NCBI RefSeq assembly: GCF_006345805.1
Contig: NC_043024.1
Location: forward strand, 6,200,001-6,264,000
DNA length: 64,000 nt
Direction of reading: 5' to 3'
From: Octopus sinensis
Taxonomy: Eukaryota
The notes under the pieces were generated by a model. It was not told the origin of the DNA, did no database searches, and saw nothing but the letters and a program-made list of their open reading frames with translations. A program made the position numbers and the translations under genes. Position 1 is the first letter of the stretch. Each line of letters opens with the position of its first letter. Below are positions 26,209 through 39,223 of the stretch, piece by piece.

Positions 26209-27118
26209 TCAGTCTGTCTGTTGATAATAAGGCTCATATATTTCATTTTCTAATAACACTAAACCATCATCACCAGATCTAGCGATTGAATGTCCTCTAC
26301 AGTTTGTCTCTCCGACATTGTTCTGTGTGCAATTCCTTTCTACCACATGATATTTAGGATCTGTTACGTCTTGTGACATGTCGTCTGATTTAATTTCACC
26401 TCTTGGATTGAGGGCTGGAATTGGGGGAGATTTGTGAGACCCAGACGACGAAGATGACGTCGACGACGATGAAGAATTGGTATTAGTTTTAAGATTAGAA
26501 TTAAGATTACAATAAGGAGGCAAAGCACCAGGATTCGTTGGATTTTGAATACGTTCCAAACGACTGCGAGCTAGTTTGTCTTCAGATTCAATTCCTGAAT
26601 CTGTTTCTACGGAACTTGGTTCTGACACTCTTGGAGAATAATTCGAAGGATGCTTTTTGCATTCGTAATAATCAGGAATTTCTTCATAGATAGCTTTCTG
26701 ATAGTCATTTTCACTACCAATTGAAGCACGGCTACTAGAACCTCGTGATCTGGTGGATGTCCATTCGTCGTTGGATGACGATTTTTTCCCAGGCAGAGCA
26801 GGCAGAGAACGAGCAATATGGTATCGAAATCTATCGGACAAGGGCTTGACGGTCCCTATTTGTCCTTCATCCACCTCAGTATAGGCTTCACAAGTGTTGA
26901 CTGTGGCGTCAATCATTTTGGCTGCTTCTGGGAACGGAACTTCGTCGGCAACATGACTGTATCCTTCCTGTATAGCTGGGTGGTGTCTGTCTGAGCATTG
27001 CAAGGGCAGTATTCCATTAGCATGTCGGACGTTTTCTATGTTCCGAGAAACCAGTGTCTGGACAGCAGCATCTTTGGCTGATACGGGATTGTTCTTTCTT
27101 TTACTTCTTTTACTTCTC
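26209..27118 (-). CDS. Receptor gene terminal exon F: ~300-aa tyrosine-motif-rich cytoplasmic tail
   Basis: Longest non-repetitive ORF in the window (26209..27147 in the track). Acceptor ..tttttttttcag| at 27119-27121, stop TGA at 26209-26211. Starts with a basic cluster; contains YEEI, RSLPALP, DSGIES, LPPY and NEIY. Confidence 0.92.
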
Positions 27119-27253
27119 CTGAAAAAAAAATCAAAAATGAAAATCAAATAAACATACGAAAATGAAGTTAATTACTATATGTGTATGTGTGCGAAAAAGA
27201 TTAAAAATTGAATTAAAAATTATTTATAACATAAAAAATCTTTAAAAATAAGG

Positions 27254-27881
27254 AGGCGAAGGAGTGGCTGTGTGGTAAGTAGCTTGCTTATCAACCACAT
27301 GGTTCTGGGTTCAGTGTCTTCAACTATATATTTCTTTACTACCCACAAGGGGCTAAACACAGAGAGGACAAACAAGGACAGACAAACGGATTAAGTCGAT
27401 TACATCGACCCCAGTGCGTAACTGGTACTTAATTTATCGACCCTGAAAGGATGAAAGGCAAAGTCGACTTCGGCGGAATTTGAACTCGGAACGTAACGAC
27501 AGACGAAATACGGTTACGCATTTCGCCCGACGTGCTAACGTTTCTGCCAGCTCACCACCTTATATAGTATCTTCTACTATAGCCCCGGGCTGATGAAAGC
27601 CTTGTGAGTGGATTTGGTAGACAGAAACTGAAAGAAGCCCGTTGTATATATGTATATATGTATGTGTATGTTTGTGTGTCTGTGTTTGTCTCCCCAACAT
27701 CACTTGACAACCGATGGTGGTGTGTTTACGTGCCTGTAACTTAGCGGTTCGGCAAAAGAGACTGATGGAATAAGTACTAGGCTTCCAAAGAATAAGTCCT
27801 GGTGTCGATTTGCTCGACTAAAGGCAGTGCTCCAGCATGGCCGCAGTCAAATAACTGAAACAAGTAAAAGATTAAAAGAGT
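27254..27881 (+). mobile_element. CORE-like SINE with nested antisense Nin/Deu-like SINE (27330-27561)
   Basis: The host SINE resumes after the insert; imperfect duplication AGTGTCTTCAACTATA / AGTATCTTCTACTATA (27313-27328, 27566-27581). Confidence 0.85.
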
Positions 27882-28756
27882 ATATACTCCTGAGAATTTT
27901 TACTGTCCAGCAAAGAATACACAGAATTACCCATCGAAAGAATTTACGGAGTGACTAACAACTAAATATAGACAGATGTTAGATGCTAATCCTTGTAGTT
28001 AGCCATTAACTGGATCTTAACTGAGAGCCAATACGGTATCTGCCCAGATAATATATCCTACCAAATGTACTTTTATATATGCATGCATAAAAGGTGGATG
28101 TTAAACGATGATGATGATGATACACATAGACACACTGAAAGAAGCTCATAATGTGTGTGTGTGTGTGTGCGTGCGTGCATGCCTGTGTGTGTCTATGTCT
28201 GTGTGTGTGGTGTGTGTGTGCTTTTTTCTCTGTGTTTGTCCCCCACTACCACTTGGCAACTGGTGTTGGTGTGTTTACACCCCTGTAACTTAGCAATTCA
28301 GCGAAAGAGACTGATAGAATAAGTACCAGGCTTAAAAAAAATAATAACTACTGAGACTGATTTGTTTCACAAAAAGATGTTCAAAGTGGTGCCCCAGCAT
28401 GGCCGCAGTCTAATGGCAGAAACAAGTAAAAGAGATAAAAGACAGATCGATGTGTTGCATTTAAGACTGACCAATCAGCTCTCACCACCGTTTGTGACCT
28501 TTCTGTAGCAAGGCCAGAAGATTCATTAAATGCGATAATTAAGAAAAACGAAAAAACAGTGATATAAATCTTATGCATAACAAAGAACAAAATTTATTCT
28601 AAGCTTTTATTCTTCGGATTAATTGCTGTCACCACAAAGAGATTATTGGTTTCCTGGAATTCCAACTGTTTGTCTTGATATTAAGTCAGTTTTTGGATAT
28701 GGTTGGAAAATCTAGCCAGATGTATCATAATGAGGATTAAGAAGTGACATCATTAA

Positions 28757-29488
28757 CCCTTTTGATACCATATTTATTTTGAGATGCTCTGTGTTTCTTT
28801 CAATTAATTTTAAATATAACAAAGAATTTAGTAAAATAACTCAGTTATCATTAAGCCCTTGTTAGGAACATAAATTGTGGCTAAGGTTTGGTGGAAGATC
28901 TTAATTCAAAACTTTTGAAAACAAGACATTTGTACTACAGAACCAGAGGCGGTTTCAGCTGGATTGGAATTGAAAGGGTTAAGAATTGTTTCTCTATTAT
29001 ATATTTTAACCTTTTTGTTACCATATTTCTTCTGTTGAGATGCTCTCTGTTTCTTTCAATTAATTTTAAATATAACAAAGAATTTAGTAAAATAACTCAG
29101 TTATCATTAAGCCCTTGTTAGGAACATAAATTGTGGCTAAGGTTTGGTGGAAGATCTTAATTCAAAACTTTTGAAAACAAGACATTTGTACTACAGAACC
29201 AGAGGCGGTTTCAGCTGGATTGGAATTGAAAGGGTTAAGAATTGTTTCTCTATTATATATTTTAACCTTTTTGTTACCATATTTCTTCTGTTGAGATGCT
29301 CTCTGTTTCTTTCAATTAATTTTAAATATAACAAAGAATTTAGCGAAATAACTTCGTTAACATTAAGCTGGTGTTAGGAACATAATTGTGGCTAAGGTTT
29401 GATGGAAAATTTTAATTTAAAACTTATGAAAACAAGACATTTGTACTACAAAGCCAAGGTGGTTCCAGACGGATCGGTATCAGAAGGG
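28757..29488 (+). mobile_element. Three tandem piggyBac-type MITEs (~222-225 bp)
   Basis: Each is TTAA|CC(C/T)TTT...AAGGG|TTAA: 28757-28978, 29010-29234, 29266-29488. A fourth copy is at 50414-50634. Confidence 0.88.
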
Positions 29489-29629
29489 TTAAATCATGAA
29501 ATTATGTTGTTTCCTTCTAGACCAGAGCTTTTCAACCATTTTTTTGCCTTTGGAATCCTTTCATTCCTTTGTTTCCTTAAGACTCCTTTGATTCCAATTC
29601 TACTCTACTGGACCTCCATAGCCATTTGA

Positions 29630-29665
<36 letters not shown>

Positions 29666-29700
29666 CTACAGTCTTTTTGGAATTAAATATTATTAAGAAT

Positions 29701-30690
29701 TGGCATGGCTGTGTGATAAGAAGTTTGCTTCCTGACCACATGAGTCCAGGTTCAATCCCACCGCTTGGCACTTTGGGCAATGTCTTCTACTATAGCCTTG
29801 ATCCAATCAAAGTCTTGTGAGTTAAAGGGTTTTTCAGTCAAGGGGATTGACCCCCTGGACTTATTCTTTTTAAGCCTAGTACTTATTCTTTTTGTCTCTT
29901 TTGTTGAACTGCTAAGTTACAGGGATGTAAACACACCAACATCAGTTGTTAAGCAATGGGACAAACATAGGCAGACAGATACACACACACACCCACACAC
30001 ACATATATATATACACATATATACAACCGGCTTCTTTCAGTTTCTGTCTACTAAATCCACTGAGAAGGGTTTGGTTGGCCTGAGGATATAGTAGAAGGCA
30101 CTTGCCGAAGGTGCTATGCAGTGGGACTGAACCCAGATCCATGTGGCTGGGTAGCAAGCTTCTTACCACACAGCCATGGCTGAATCTATACGTGTGTGTG
30201 TGTGTATGAGAGTGTGTGTGTGAGTGTGTGTGTGTGAATGTGTGAGTGTGTGTGTTTGTGTGTGTGAGTGTGTGTGTGTGAGTGTAAGTGTGTGTGTGTT
30301 TGTGTGAGTGTGAATGTGAGTGTGTGTGTGAGTCTGAGTGTGTGTGTGAGTGTGTGTGTGTGAGTGTGTGTGTGTGAGTGTGAATGTGTGTGTGAGTGAG
30401 TGTGTGAGTGGTGTGTGTGTGTGTGTGTATGTGTGAGTGTGTGTGTGTGTGTGTCTTTGTGCCAATGTTTGCCCCTCACCACTGCTTGACAACCGGTGTT
30501 GGTGTGTTTCTGTCCATGTAACTTAGCGGTTTGGCAAAGAAAAGAGATTGATAGAATAAGTAAGAGATTTAAAGAAAAGGAAAAAAATAAATACTGGTGT
30601 CAATTCATTCGACTGAAATAAATTCAAGGTGGTGCCCCAGCATGGCCACAGTCTAATGACTGTAACAAGTGAAAGGGAAAGGAGATATAA
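29701..30690. mobile_element. Cluster of nested CORE-like SINEs with expanded (GT/GAGT)n
   Basis: Plus-strand head at 29701-29822, minus-strand copy at about 29840-30178, microsatellite 30190-30453, plus-strand tail 30455-30690. Confidence 0.75.
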
Positions 30691-30942
30691 AAGAGGATGG
30701 CAGAAAAAAATTGTTTAAAATATTTTCTGTATTTCATAGAATAACAATTTTGTTGCACATAAATTTTAACAACAAAATCTTATATTGAACTCCCCCGCCC
30801 CACCCCAAGGACCATGAGGACCCACGCCCCTTAGGGTCTTGTGGGCCCCAGTTGAGAACTTCTGTTCAAGATGATTCCCAAACACACACACACATGCACA
30901 CACACACATGCACACACACACACACGCACACACACTCACGCA

Positions 30943-31051
<109 letters not shown>

Positions 31052-31233
31052 TACAGTAGAGAAAGGAGTTCTGAATGAAAATATTAAGATATGGAACACC
31101 CAAAGCCCCGCCTCACCCCGTACCAATTCTCTTCATTTATCTTTTTGTTGTCAAATGAATTTACTAATTAGAATAGTTCCATCCAATACCGCAGAAAAAA
31201 ACATCTTTTTCTTCTATCTATCTATAGATATAC

Positions 31234-31264
<31 letters not shown>

Positions 31265-31288
31265 AACACACACACATGCATACATACA

Positions 31289-31319
<31 letters not shown>

Positions 31320-31325
<6 letters not shown>

Positions 31326-31938
31326 AATAATGAAGGGTGAAATTAATTAATTTGGAAAAATTATCAATTACACCAAGTAGTCTTCGGCATGTAAAAGCTC
31401 ATTCGAGGAAAATTTAAGTAATACTAAGCAATAAGGTTTAGCAACGAGTTGCCTTACCACATACCGAATTTAGAAATAGCAGTCAAAGGGTTATAGCTAT
31501 TTCTTCTACAAGGGTTATAGCTATTTCTTCTTGTAGAAGAAATAGCTATAACCCTTTGACTGCTATTTCTAAATTCGGTATGTGGTAAGGCAACTCGTTG
31601 CTAAACCCTTATTGCTTTTATATATATATATTATATATATATATCCGTAATAATGAAGGTGAAATTAATTAATTTGGAAAAATTATCAATTACACCAAGT
31701 AGTCTTCGGCATGTAAAGCCTCATTCGAGGAAAATTTAAGTAATACTAAGCAATAAGGGTTAGCAACGAGTTGCCTTACCACATACCGATTTAGAAATAG
31801 CAGTCAAAGGGTTATAGCTATTTCTTCTACAAGGGTTATAGCTATTTCTTCTTGTAGAAGAAATAGCTATAACCCTTTGACTGCTATTTCTAAATTCGGT
31901 ATGTGGTAAGGCAACTCGTTGCTAAACCCTTATTGCTT

Positions 31939-31940
<2 letters not shown>
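31320..31940. repeat. Doubled hairpin fragment of the 597-bp hammerhead-repeat family
   Basis: Two ~320-bp direct copies, each a forward segment plus an ~85-bp inverted arm. Near-identical to part of the unit at 61109-63749; bounded by (TA)n. Confidence 0.85.
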
Positions 31941-31973
<33 letters not shown>

Positions 31974-32219
31974 TTTTTCGAGATAATTATCGTCAGTGGC
32001 TTTTCATCACTGGAAAAAGGATATATATATATTTGCATTGAGAACGACTTCACTTAGGCAATCGGTGATTGTCACACACTGATGACGAGTCAATACCCAG
32101 AAATACCAAGTCCGTGTGTGTCAATAGCCAGGTGGAGGAGGTGTCCACCTGGGGCTACAAGCTAAAGTAGCATCTACCCTTAAGGGTTAGCCACATCTAA
32201 GTGGAAAATATACTTCACA

Positions 32220-32328
<109 letters not shown>

Positions 32329-32649
32329 AACAACAACAGGAAAAGCCACTCCTAAATTCTAGCATAATAACTGATTTAGTGAACGATAGTATCTCTTCCC
32401 CTCTCTCTCACTCACCACTCTCACAGCTGCCACCACAATTATCGTCATCACCATTGCTGCCACCATCATCTTCTACCACCTCAAATGCTAAAAATAAACC
32501 ACTGCTTTCTTCCTCCTCATTGCTACCTCAATTCTACTGTAGTATAAACAAAAACTTGAAATCATCCATGAAGTGAAATGTGCACCCCATGACACTAACA
32601 AGTAACTTCAAAATATGCCCTTATTCCCTACATTACAGGCTCTGCACAT

Positions 32650-33260
32650 GGAAAAAACTATCCAGCATTGGTGTCTCTGGAAAGTCACTACAATGGATCA
32701 AGTGGTTCCTGACAGGCAGAACCCAACACATTGCAGTTGAAGAGTAAAATCAAGCCCAGTCAAAGTCAGTTGTGGTGTTCCACAAGGCACTGTGTTGAGC
32801 CAACCTCTTTTCACCATCTATATCAATGACTTTACTGGCATCATCAAGCACAGCAACATAAGAATCTTTGCAGATGATTCCAAGATCCAGAAGGTCATCA
32901 ATGGCGTGGATGGCCAGGCATGCCTTCAGTCAGATCGACTGGCTGTCATCGAATGGGCAGAAAAGAATAATAGGCTGCTGAATGAGGACAAATTTGAGTT
33001 AATCCACTTTGGGAAAGAGGATACCCTGAAACTCCCATGAATCATCAGGTGAAACTCTCATGGCATTCAACAACATCAGAGACTTGGGAGTAATTGTGGA
33101 CAACAACATAAGCTGGGCCACTCATATAAACAGCAAAGTTGACGGGGCCCACAGAATGTGTTACTGGATTCTCAGAACTCTCCAGTTGAGAGATATCCAC
33201 ACCATTATCCTTCTCTTCTCTAATTTTGTCCAACCCCACCTTGAATACTGTTGTTCCTGA
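32650..33260 (+). mobile_element. CR1-like LINE reverse transcriptase fragment
   Basis: WIKWFLTGRTQ, GVPQGTVL, LFTIYIND, FADDSKI, LQSD, RDLGVIVD, PHLEYC. Confidence 0.92.
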
Positions 33261-33390
33261 CTTGAATGACTTTGCCAGGTGGTGCTATCAAAGTATCAAG
33301 GTATATATATATATAATATATTTATATATGTATGTTTATGTATATTATATGTATAAATAGATATATATATGCGTGTGTGTGTGTGTGTAA

Positions 33391-33424
<34 letters not shown>

Positions 33425-33664
33425 GAAATAAGTAGAAATTTTACCGGTGAGTGTGTTAAATTATAAGGTGCAAAAAGAAAATCACTCACCCCAGACACAA
33501 CAGAATATGCTTCAATACACAAACTCATATAAAGAATCTTGCAAACCAAATCCAAAGACGACATATATATATATATACATATATATATAAAAATATTCAT
33601 ATATATATAAATATACACACACACATATATTTACAAACATGATATATATATATATATATATATA

Positions 33665-33870
33665 GTTAATCCAAACATGAAAGCACAAAAAAACACAACG
33701 CGAGGACGTGGAACAAATGTAGTATTATTTGATGCTCAGGAAAGAAGGAAAGAAGGAGGGCTTAACGTTTCGAGCGGAGCTCTTCGTCGGAAACATAGGA
33801 GAAGGAAAGATCCAGAGAAGGGAAGAAGACGGAGGAAAAAAAATCGCCAACGGTACACACGTGGTCACAT
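33665..33870 (-). mobile_element. ~205-bp element with minimal hammerhead (copy 1 of 3)
   Basis: Same element at 47958-48163 and 57609-57822, each beside TA/CA repeats. Here the core reads CCGACGA-aGAGCtccGCTC-GAAA-CGTTA. Confidence 0.75.
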
Positions 33871-34421
33871 ACACACACACACACACACACATATATATCT
33901 GCTAATGCCTCGGATTGAGTATAACGCCACCATCTTTAAACTGTTAAACAACCGGAGAGTAGGGATAATGGTGGGGGTGAGGAGTACATGAGTGAGGTGT
34001 GGCGTTGGTGGGAACTGATAAAATACAAGATGAACATAAATATACAAATATGCATGAATGAATGCCTCAAATGAATGAATAAATATAATATGGAAATAGA
34101 AAATATATAAATAATTCTGTGATAGACATCGACAGATGGTGCTGATGTCTACTGGTTAAAACTGGAGTCAACGAGAGAACATCAGTCCCAGAGAGTTGCT
34201 GCCATGTTGGATACAAAGCACAGTGAAGAAGGAGATTAAGATATTATGGAAGACCATAAGTGCAGAGACGAAGGCTGGATGATATGCTGTGAGCCAAATG
34301 AAGCAGAGCTACAACCTCTAGGTGTAAAGTTGAAAAAGCGTGACACACTGACACACTAACGTTTCACATTTATTATATTAGATATGTTTAATTTTGGGGA
34401 AACTGTATTTCAATTAAAGTG

Positions 34422-34468
<47 letters not shown>

Positions 34469-34878
34469 ATTAAAGAAAGCAAAAAATAAAATAAAAATGA
34501 TAGTGTCCAGTAGTTAGTTCAGTATGTTGGCCACCGGAATTTCTGCCCAGGAAAGTTGTACATCATCTCCCTCTTTCTCTCACATACCCACTCTTTCTCT
34601 CTCTCTTATCATCACTCCCCACGCCAACATCAACACTACTACTTTTAATAAAACATCATCAACTCTCCCTACATTTCTTTGTCTCTCTTTCTCTCCCTCT
34701 CTTTTTCTTTCTCTCTCGCCCTCTCTCTCTGTCTTTGCCACCACCCTCACTGTCTCTGTGCCTACTATTACTCTCACCCCAGCAAGAGAAAGTGTCATTG
34801 AATAGTGAGAGAGTGGGTCGAAGTGTGACACACTGACACACAGAAATTAGTTTTCGCATTTATTATAATATATATATA

Positions 34879-35080
34879 CAGTGGGGGGAAATAAATATTC
34901 GTACATGTCAAAATTCTTCATTTATTTAATTTCTAATGAACATAAAGGGGATATACCAATACTATATTTGCATACACATGCATAAACTAAGAATATGCAA
35001 TAGAAACTAATAAATTATAGTAACTAAGGAATTTATATACAATTATAGATATTGAGGGGTGAAAAAAGTATTCATACAGA
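34879..35080 (+). mobile_element. Tc1-type terminus with internal direct repeat (IR/DR layout)
   Basis: TA|CAGTGGGGGGAAATAAATATTCGTACA, with a second copy GGGGTGAAAAAAGTATTCATACA about 175 bp inside. Confidence 0.55.
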
Positions 35081-35125
35081 ATAAATTTTTGATTTTCTAT
35101 GCATGCCCAATAAAAATGTACTTAC

Positions 35126-35195
35126 CAGTAACATATTCCAATGGAAACAAATAAGATGATTGCCAACAATGGTGCACCAATTGCCAGTATGAGTT
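35126..35195 (-). CDS. Receptor gene exon E: transmembrane helix
   Basis: Acceptor ..atcttttgcag| and donor TG|gtaagt; 70 nt, phase 1-2: KLILAIGAPLLAIILFVSIGICY(W). The phase-2 end matches the phase-2 start of the last exon and gives TM followed by the basic stop-transfer WRSKRSKRK. Confidence 0.88.
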
Positions 35196-35256
35196 CTGCA
35201 AAAGATATTAACAATAACATTTATAAATCCATCCATACATACATATATACATACAG

Positions 35257-35649
35257 CCTCGAGTATAATCCACAATTTTTCCCCAAAATTTAAAGGTCAA
35301 AATCCCTAGTGCGTACTATATACGAGGTTAAAAATGAAAAATATCTTCTAAGCAATGTCCGAGTCTCTATTTGCTGTCCAGCTATGTTTATTTAGACACA
35401 TTTTGTGATGTCAGGCACGAACAAAATGCACAAAAAAGCTACACGTTTGCATTATGTTATATATACAATAATAATAAAGGACGTTACCATATACATTTTT
35501 ACAAACCAAAGACGTTATATAGACCTCCTTGACTCAAGTTAGAGAAGGGGTGCATATTATACACAAGGTTTAGGTTTATCAGAGGTACAGCCCCCTAAAA
35601 ATCCCCTGCGTATTATACTCAAGGGCGGACTATACTTGAGGATTTATGG
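35257..35649 (+). mobile_element. Shorter deletion derivative of the pogo element at 17705-18671
   Basis: Both ends match the long copy; the central part including the mini-ORF is missing. Confidence 0.85.
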
Positions 35650-35999
35650 TACGTACATACATATGTATATAAACACATGTACACATATATTTATAATTTA
35701 TCTATCTATCTATATATATATATACACACACACACGCATAAATATATATATATATATATATTATATTATATACACAGAAGTAATTAAAATCCAAGAAAAT
35801 CTAAATACCTATCGGCTGCAGAAACCCAGAAATACTTAGGGATCTGTGATATAAATTTACTTATATTAGCCAGAAAAATCTACGATGTTCTGAGTGCACC
35901 ATAGATGAACCGTGATATGGCAAGGGATTACTGTATGTATGTGTATGTATGTATATATATATATATACACATGCACACACATATATCTCTTTCTCTTTC

Positions 36000-36397
36000 T
36001 CTTTTACTTGTTTTAGTCATTTGACTGTGGCCATGCTGGAGCACTGCCTTTTAGTCGAGCAAATCGACCCCAGGACTTATTCTTTGTAAGCCTAGTACTT
36101 ATTCTATCGGTCTCTTTTGCTGAACCGCTAAGTAACGGGGATGTAAACACACCGGCATCGGTTGTCAAGCGATGTTGGGGGGACACACAAACACACACAC
36201 ACATATATATACATATATATACATATATATATATGATGGGCTTCTTTCAGTTTCCGTCTCCCAAATCCACTCACAAAGCTTTGGTCGGCCCGAGGCTATA
36301 GTAGAAGACACTTGCCCAAGGTGCCACGCAGTGGGACTGAACCCGGAACCGTGTGGTTGGTAAGCAAGCTACTTACCACACACCCACTCCTGTGCCT
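36000..36397 (-). mobile_element. CORE-like SINE, full length
   Basis: Complete head-to-tail copy of the family. Confidence 0.9.
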
Positions 36398-36612
36398 TAT
36401 ATATATTTATATAAATTTGAATTAGTTAAAATGAAGAGAATGAAAGGGAAAACTTGACGAAAGAAAGGAATTTTTTTGAATTTATTAAAGACTACTTCTC
36501 CACACTTTTCGTCTCCTTCCTCCACTCCTTCCCTTTTCTCTTTTCCTTCTCCTCCCCTTCCTTCCCCTTCTCCTCTCACTCCTCTCCCTCTCACACTTTC
36601 CATATTACTTAC

Positions 36613-36699
36613 TTAAGTTATACAGAGGAACTGATGGCTTCATTTTGTTGCTTGTATTTAATGTTCCGTTGAAGTTGTCCGAGTCGCTCCCTGGTGATG
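36613..36699 (-). CDS. Receptor gene exon D: Ser/Thr/Asn-rich stalk
   Basis: Long (ctt)n pyrimidine tract, acceptor caccag| and donor A|gtaagt; 87 nt, phase 1-1: TSPGSDSDNFNGTLNTSNKMKPSVPLYNL, with N-glycosylation sequons NGT and NTS. Confidence 0.75.
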
Positions 36700-37274
36700 C
36701 TGGTGGTGCAAGAAGAAGAAGAAGAAGAAGAGGAAAAATAAATTAAGCAGAACTATAAATAAAAGTAAGATTAGAAAAATAGCCGTCACTTCCAAGCGAG
36801 TAAAACTTGGGAGCTGGTATCATGCTTCCACGAATTGCTTTACTTGCATATTGTAATCGTGAGTAGGCACAAAATTTCTTTCGGTTTTCCTCTCTTTGAC
36901 TCAGTGGAGCAAGCAAAATGTGGGAGCATGGGAGGGAGAAAGACTGAGAGAGAAAGAGAGAGAGAGAGAAAGAGAGAGAGAGGGAGGGAGAGAGAGGGAG
37001 AGAGAGGGAGAGAGAGAGAGGGGGGGAGAGAGAGAGGGCACCAATGCTAAAGCAACAGTCATTTACAGGTGAGTAGACTGGTGCAAGGAGGAGGAGAGAA
37101 AGGAGAAATAGAAGGTGAAGAGGAGGAGAGGAAGTAGAAAAAGAAAAAAGAAGAAAAGGAGAGAAGGAGGAGAAGGAGAAAAAGACCAAATGGAGGAGAA
37201 GTAGGAGAAGAAGAAGATGAAAAAGGAGAAAAGGAAGAAGCAGAGTAATAATAATAACAATAACAACAACAACA

Positions 37275-37858
37275 TTATGCCCTGATGCAGTGCCAAGCAG
37301 TGACTCTCATGGCTTCTGATCTTAACTGATTGGAAGTATTATCACGTACATTGTTTTGTCTTGGTATAAAAGATGGGCTACAGCAAATATTCTGGTCAAT
37401 ACCACAGATTTGCTTGTCAGTTGTTTGACCGTAACCAGTTGAGCATGTCCCTTAGTGGCTGACGATATGTGCATCTCTGATCACGAGCAGAAGTAGTGGG
37501 GGAGCATCTTAGCCATGTGTTGAGAGGGATTCTTTGGGTTTTGGATAATTTACATTTGAAAACATGGTTATTTCGTTCAACATCCTTAAACAACCCTTAT
37601 TCAAGGACCTTTTGAGCGGGATGGGTTACTCGACCAGAAGAAAATTCTCACTGGGCCCCACCTGCAAGGTCATGCACTGTTAATCTTGATATGAGATCAC
37701 CATGTCATGCACATATGGTTGTGATGCATGTGTCTAGTGTACCCTTATCAGACGGGTAGTCATGATGGGTATACTGGGATTTGTATATTTGTACCCCAGT
37801 GTCACTTTGATGGCATGCAGTGCTCTCTCACTCAATAATAATGATAATAATAATAATG

Positions 37859-37911
<53 letters not shown>
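37275..37911 (+). mobile_element. Retroposon 3' end with (AAT)n tail
   Basis: High-complexity 560-bp block between an upstream (AAT/AAC)n tract and a downstream (AAT)n tail. The layout resembles (TAA)n-targeting R4/Dong elements; no ORF was recognised. Confidence 0.45.
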
Positions 37912-37913
<2 letters not shown>

Positions 37914-38190
37914 TTTCAAATTTTGCCACAAGGCCAGCAAGGATTAAAGGCAAAGTCAGCTTGAAATTTGAACTCAGGATGTGAAGGCTGCCACATCAGT
38001 AACAGCAACAATAACAATAATAATAATCCTTTCTACTATAGGCACAAGGCCTGAAGTTTTGAGGGAGGAGTAGTTGATTATATCAATCCCAGTATGCAGC
38101 TGGTACTTAATTTATTGACCCCGAAGGAATGAAAGGCAAAGCTGATCTCAGCGGAATTTGAACTCAGAAAGTAGCAATGTGTAAAATACC

Positions 38191-38782
38191 ACATACATAC
38201 ATACATACATATATACATACATACATATATACATACATACATATATACATACATACATATATACATACATACATACATACACACATACATACATACATAC
38301 ATACATACACACATACATACATACATACATACATACATACATACATACATACATACATAAATACATACATACATACATGCATACATACATACATACATAC
38401 ATGCATGCATACATGCATACATGCATGCATGCATGCATACATACATACATACATACATACATACATACATACATACATGCATACATACATACATACATAC
38501 ATACATACATACATACATACATACATGCATGCATACATACATACATACATACATACATACATAAATACATACATACATACATACATACATACATACACAT
38601 ACATACATACATACATACATAAATACATAAATACATACATACATACATACATACATACAAACATACATACATACATACATACATACATACATACATGCAT
38701 ACATACATACATACATACATGCACACATGCATACATACATACATACATACATACATGCATGCATACATACATACATACATAT
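38191..38782. repeat. (TACA)n tetranucleotide microsatellite, ~590 bp
   Basis: Directly visible; it explains the long YVCM/HTYI pseudo-ORFs. Confidence 0.97.
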
Positions 38783-39046
38783 GCACATTGCAAATACAAT
38801 TTTATAATCTGTAAGTGGAACAGTAAAAATATGCAAGACTTTTCTGAAATTCAAAATGTGACATTCTAACAATGGGGCTTTGTACCTTAGTTAGAAGCCA
38901 GATCTTTCCTCTGGGGAAGAATTCAAATAATTAAAAGTGGAAGAAAACCTACGTACACACACATGCACACACTCACATGCTTTACATACCCACACATATA
39001 TATACGCACCCAACAACAGCATTATATAAATCAATAGTTAACTCAC

Positions 39047-39223
39047 TTGCATTGAATGGTAACTTAGTTGTCTCTGAGAGAATGGAATGGTTAGAAGAAA
39101 CATGGCTAAGGTGAGGGCTGTTCACTTGGTCAACTTTCCAGGTCTGGTACCCTACTTTAGAGTCGATGCAGTTTAGATTTTTATCATAAAGATAGGACAG
39201 CTTATTAGCGGCAAATGTCTGTA
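39047..39223 (-). CDS. Receptor gene exon C: extracellular stalk
   Basis: Acceptor ..ttgtttgttcacag| and donor A|gtgagt; 177 nt, phase 1-1, open in the required frame: VQTFAANKLSYLYDKNLNCIDSKVGYQTWKVDQVNSPHLSHVSSNHSILSETTKLPFNA. Confidence 0.8.

Noticed and set aside
28486-28502. Candidate micro-exon (..gctacag|AAAGGTCACAAACGGTG|gtgaga) between the TM and tail exons
   Set aside because: It is 14 or 17 nt, not a multiple of 3; exons E and F already join in phase without it.
28888-29629. Three similar 76-77-aa ORFs suggesting a tandem gene family
   Set aside because: They lie across non-coding piggyBac MITE copies and do not start with a credible ATG context.
36840-36945. Possible additional stalk exon upstream of exon D
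   Set aside because: The only acceptor/donor pair I found ends in phase 2 and would break the frame.
38078-38872. 200-264-aa ORFs on both strands
   Set aside because: Entirely (TACA)n repeat.
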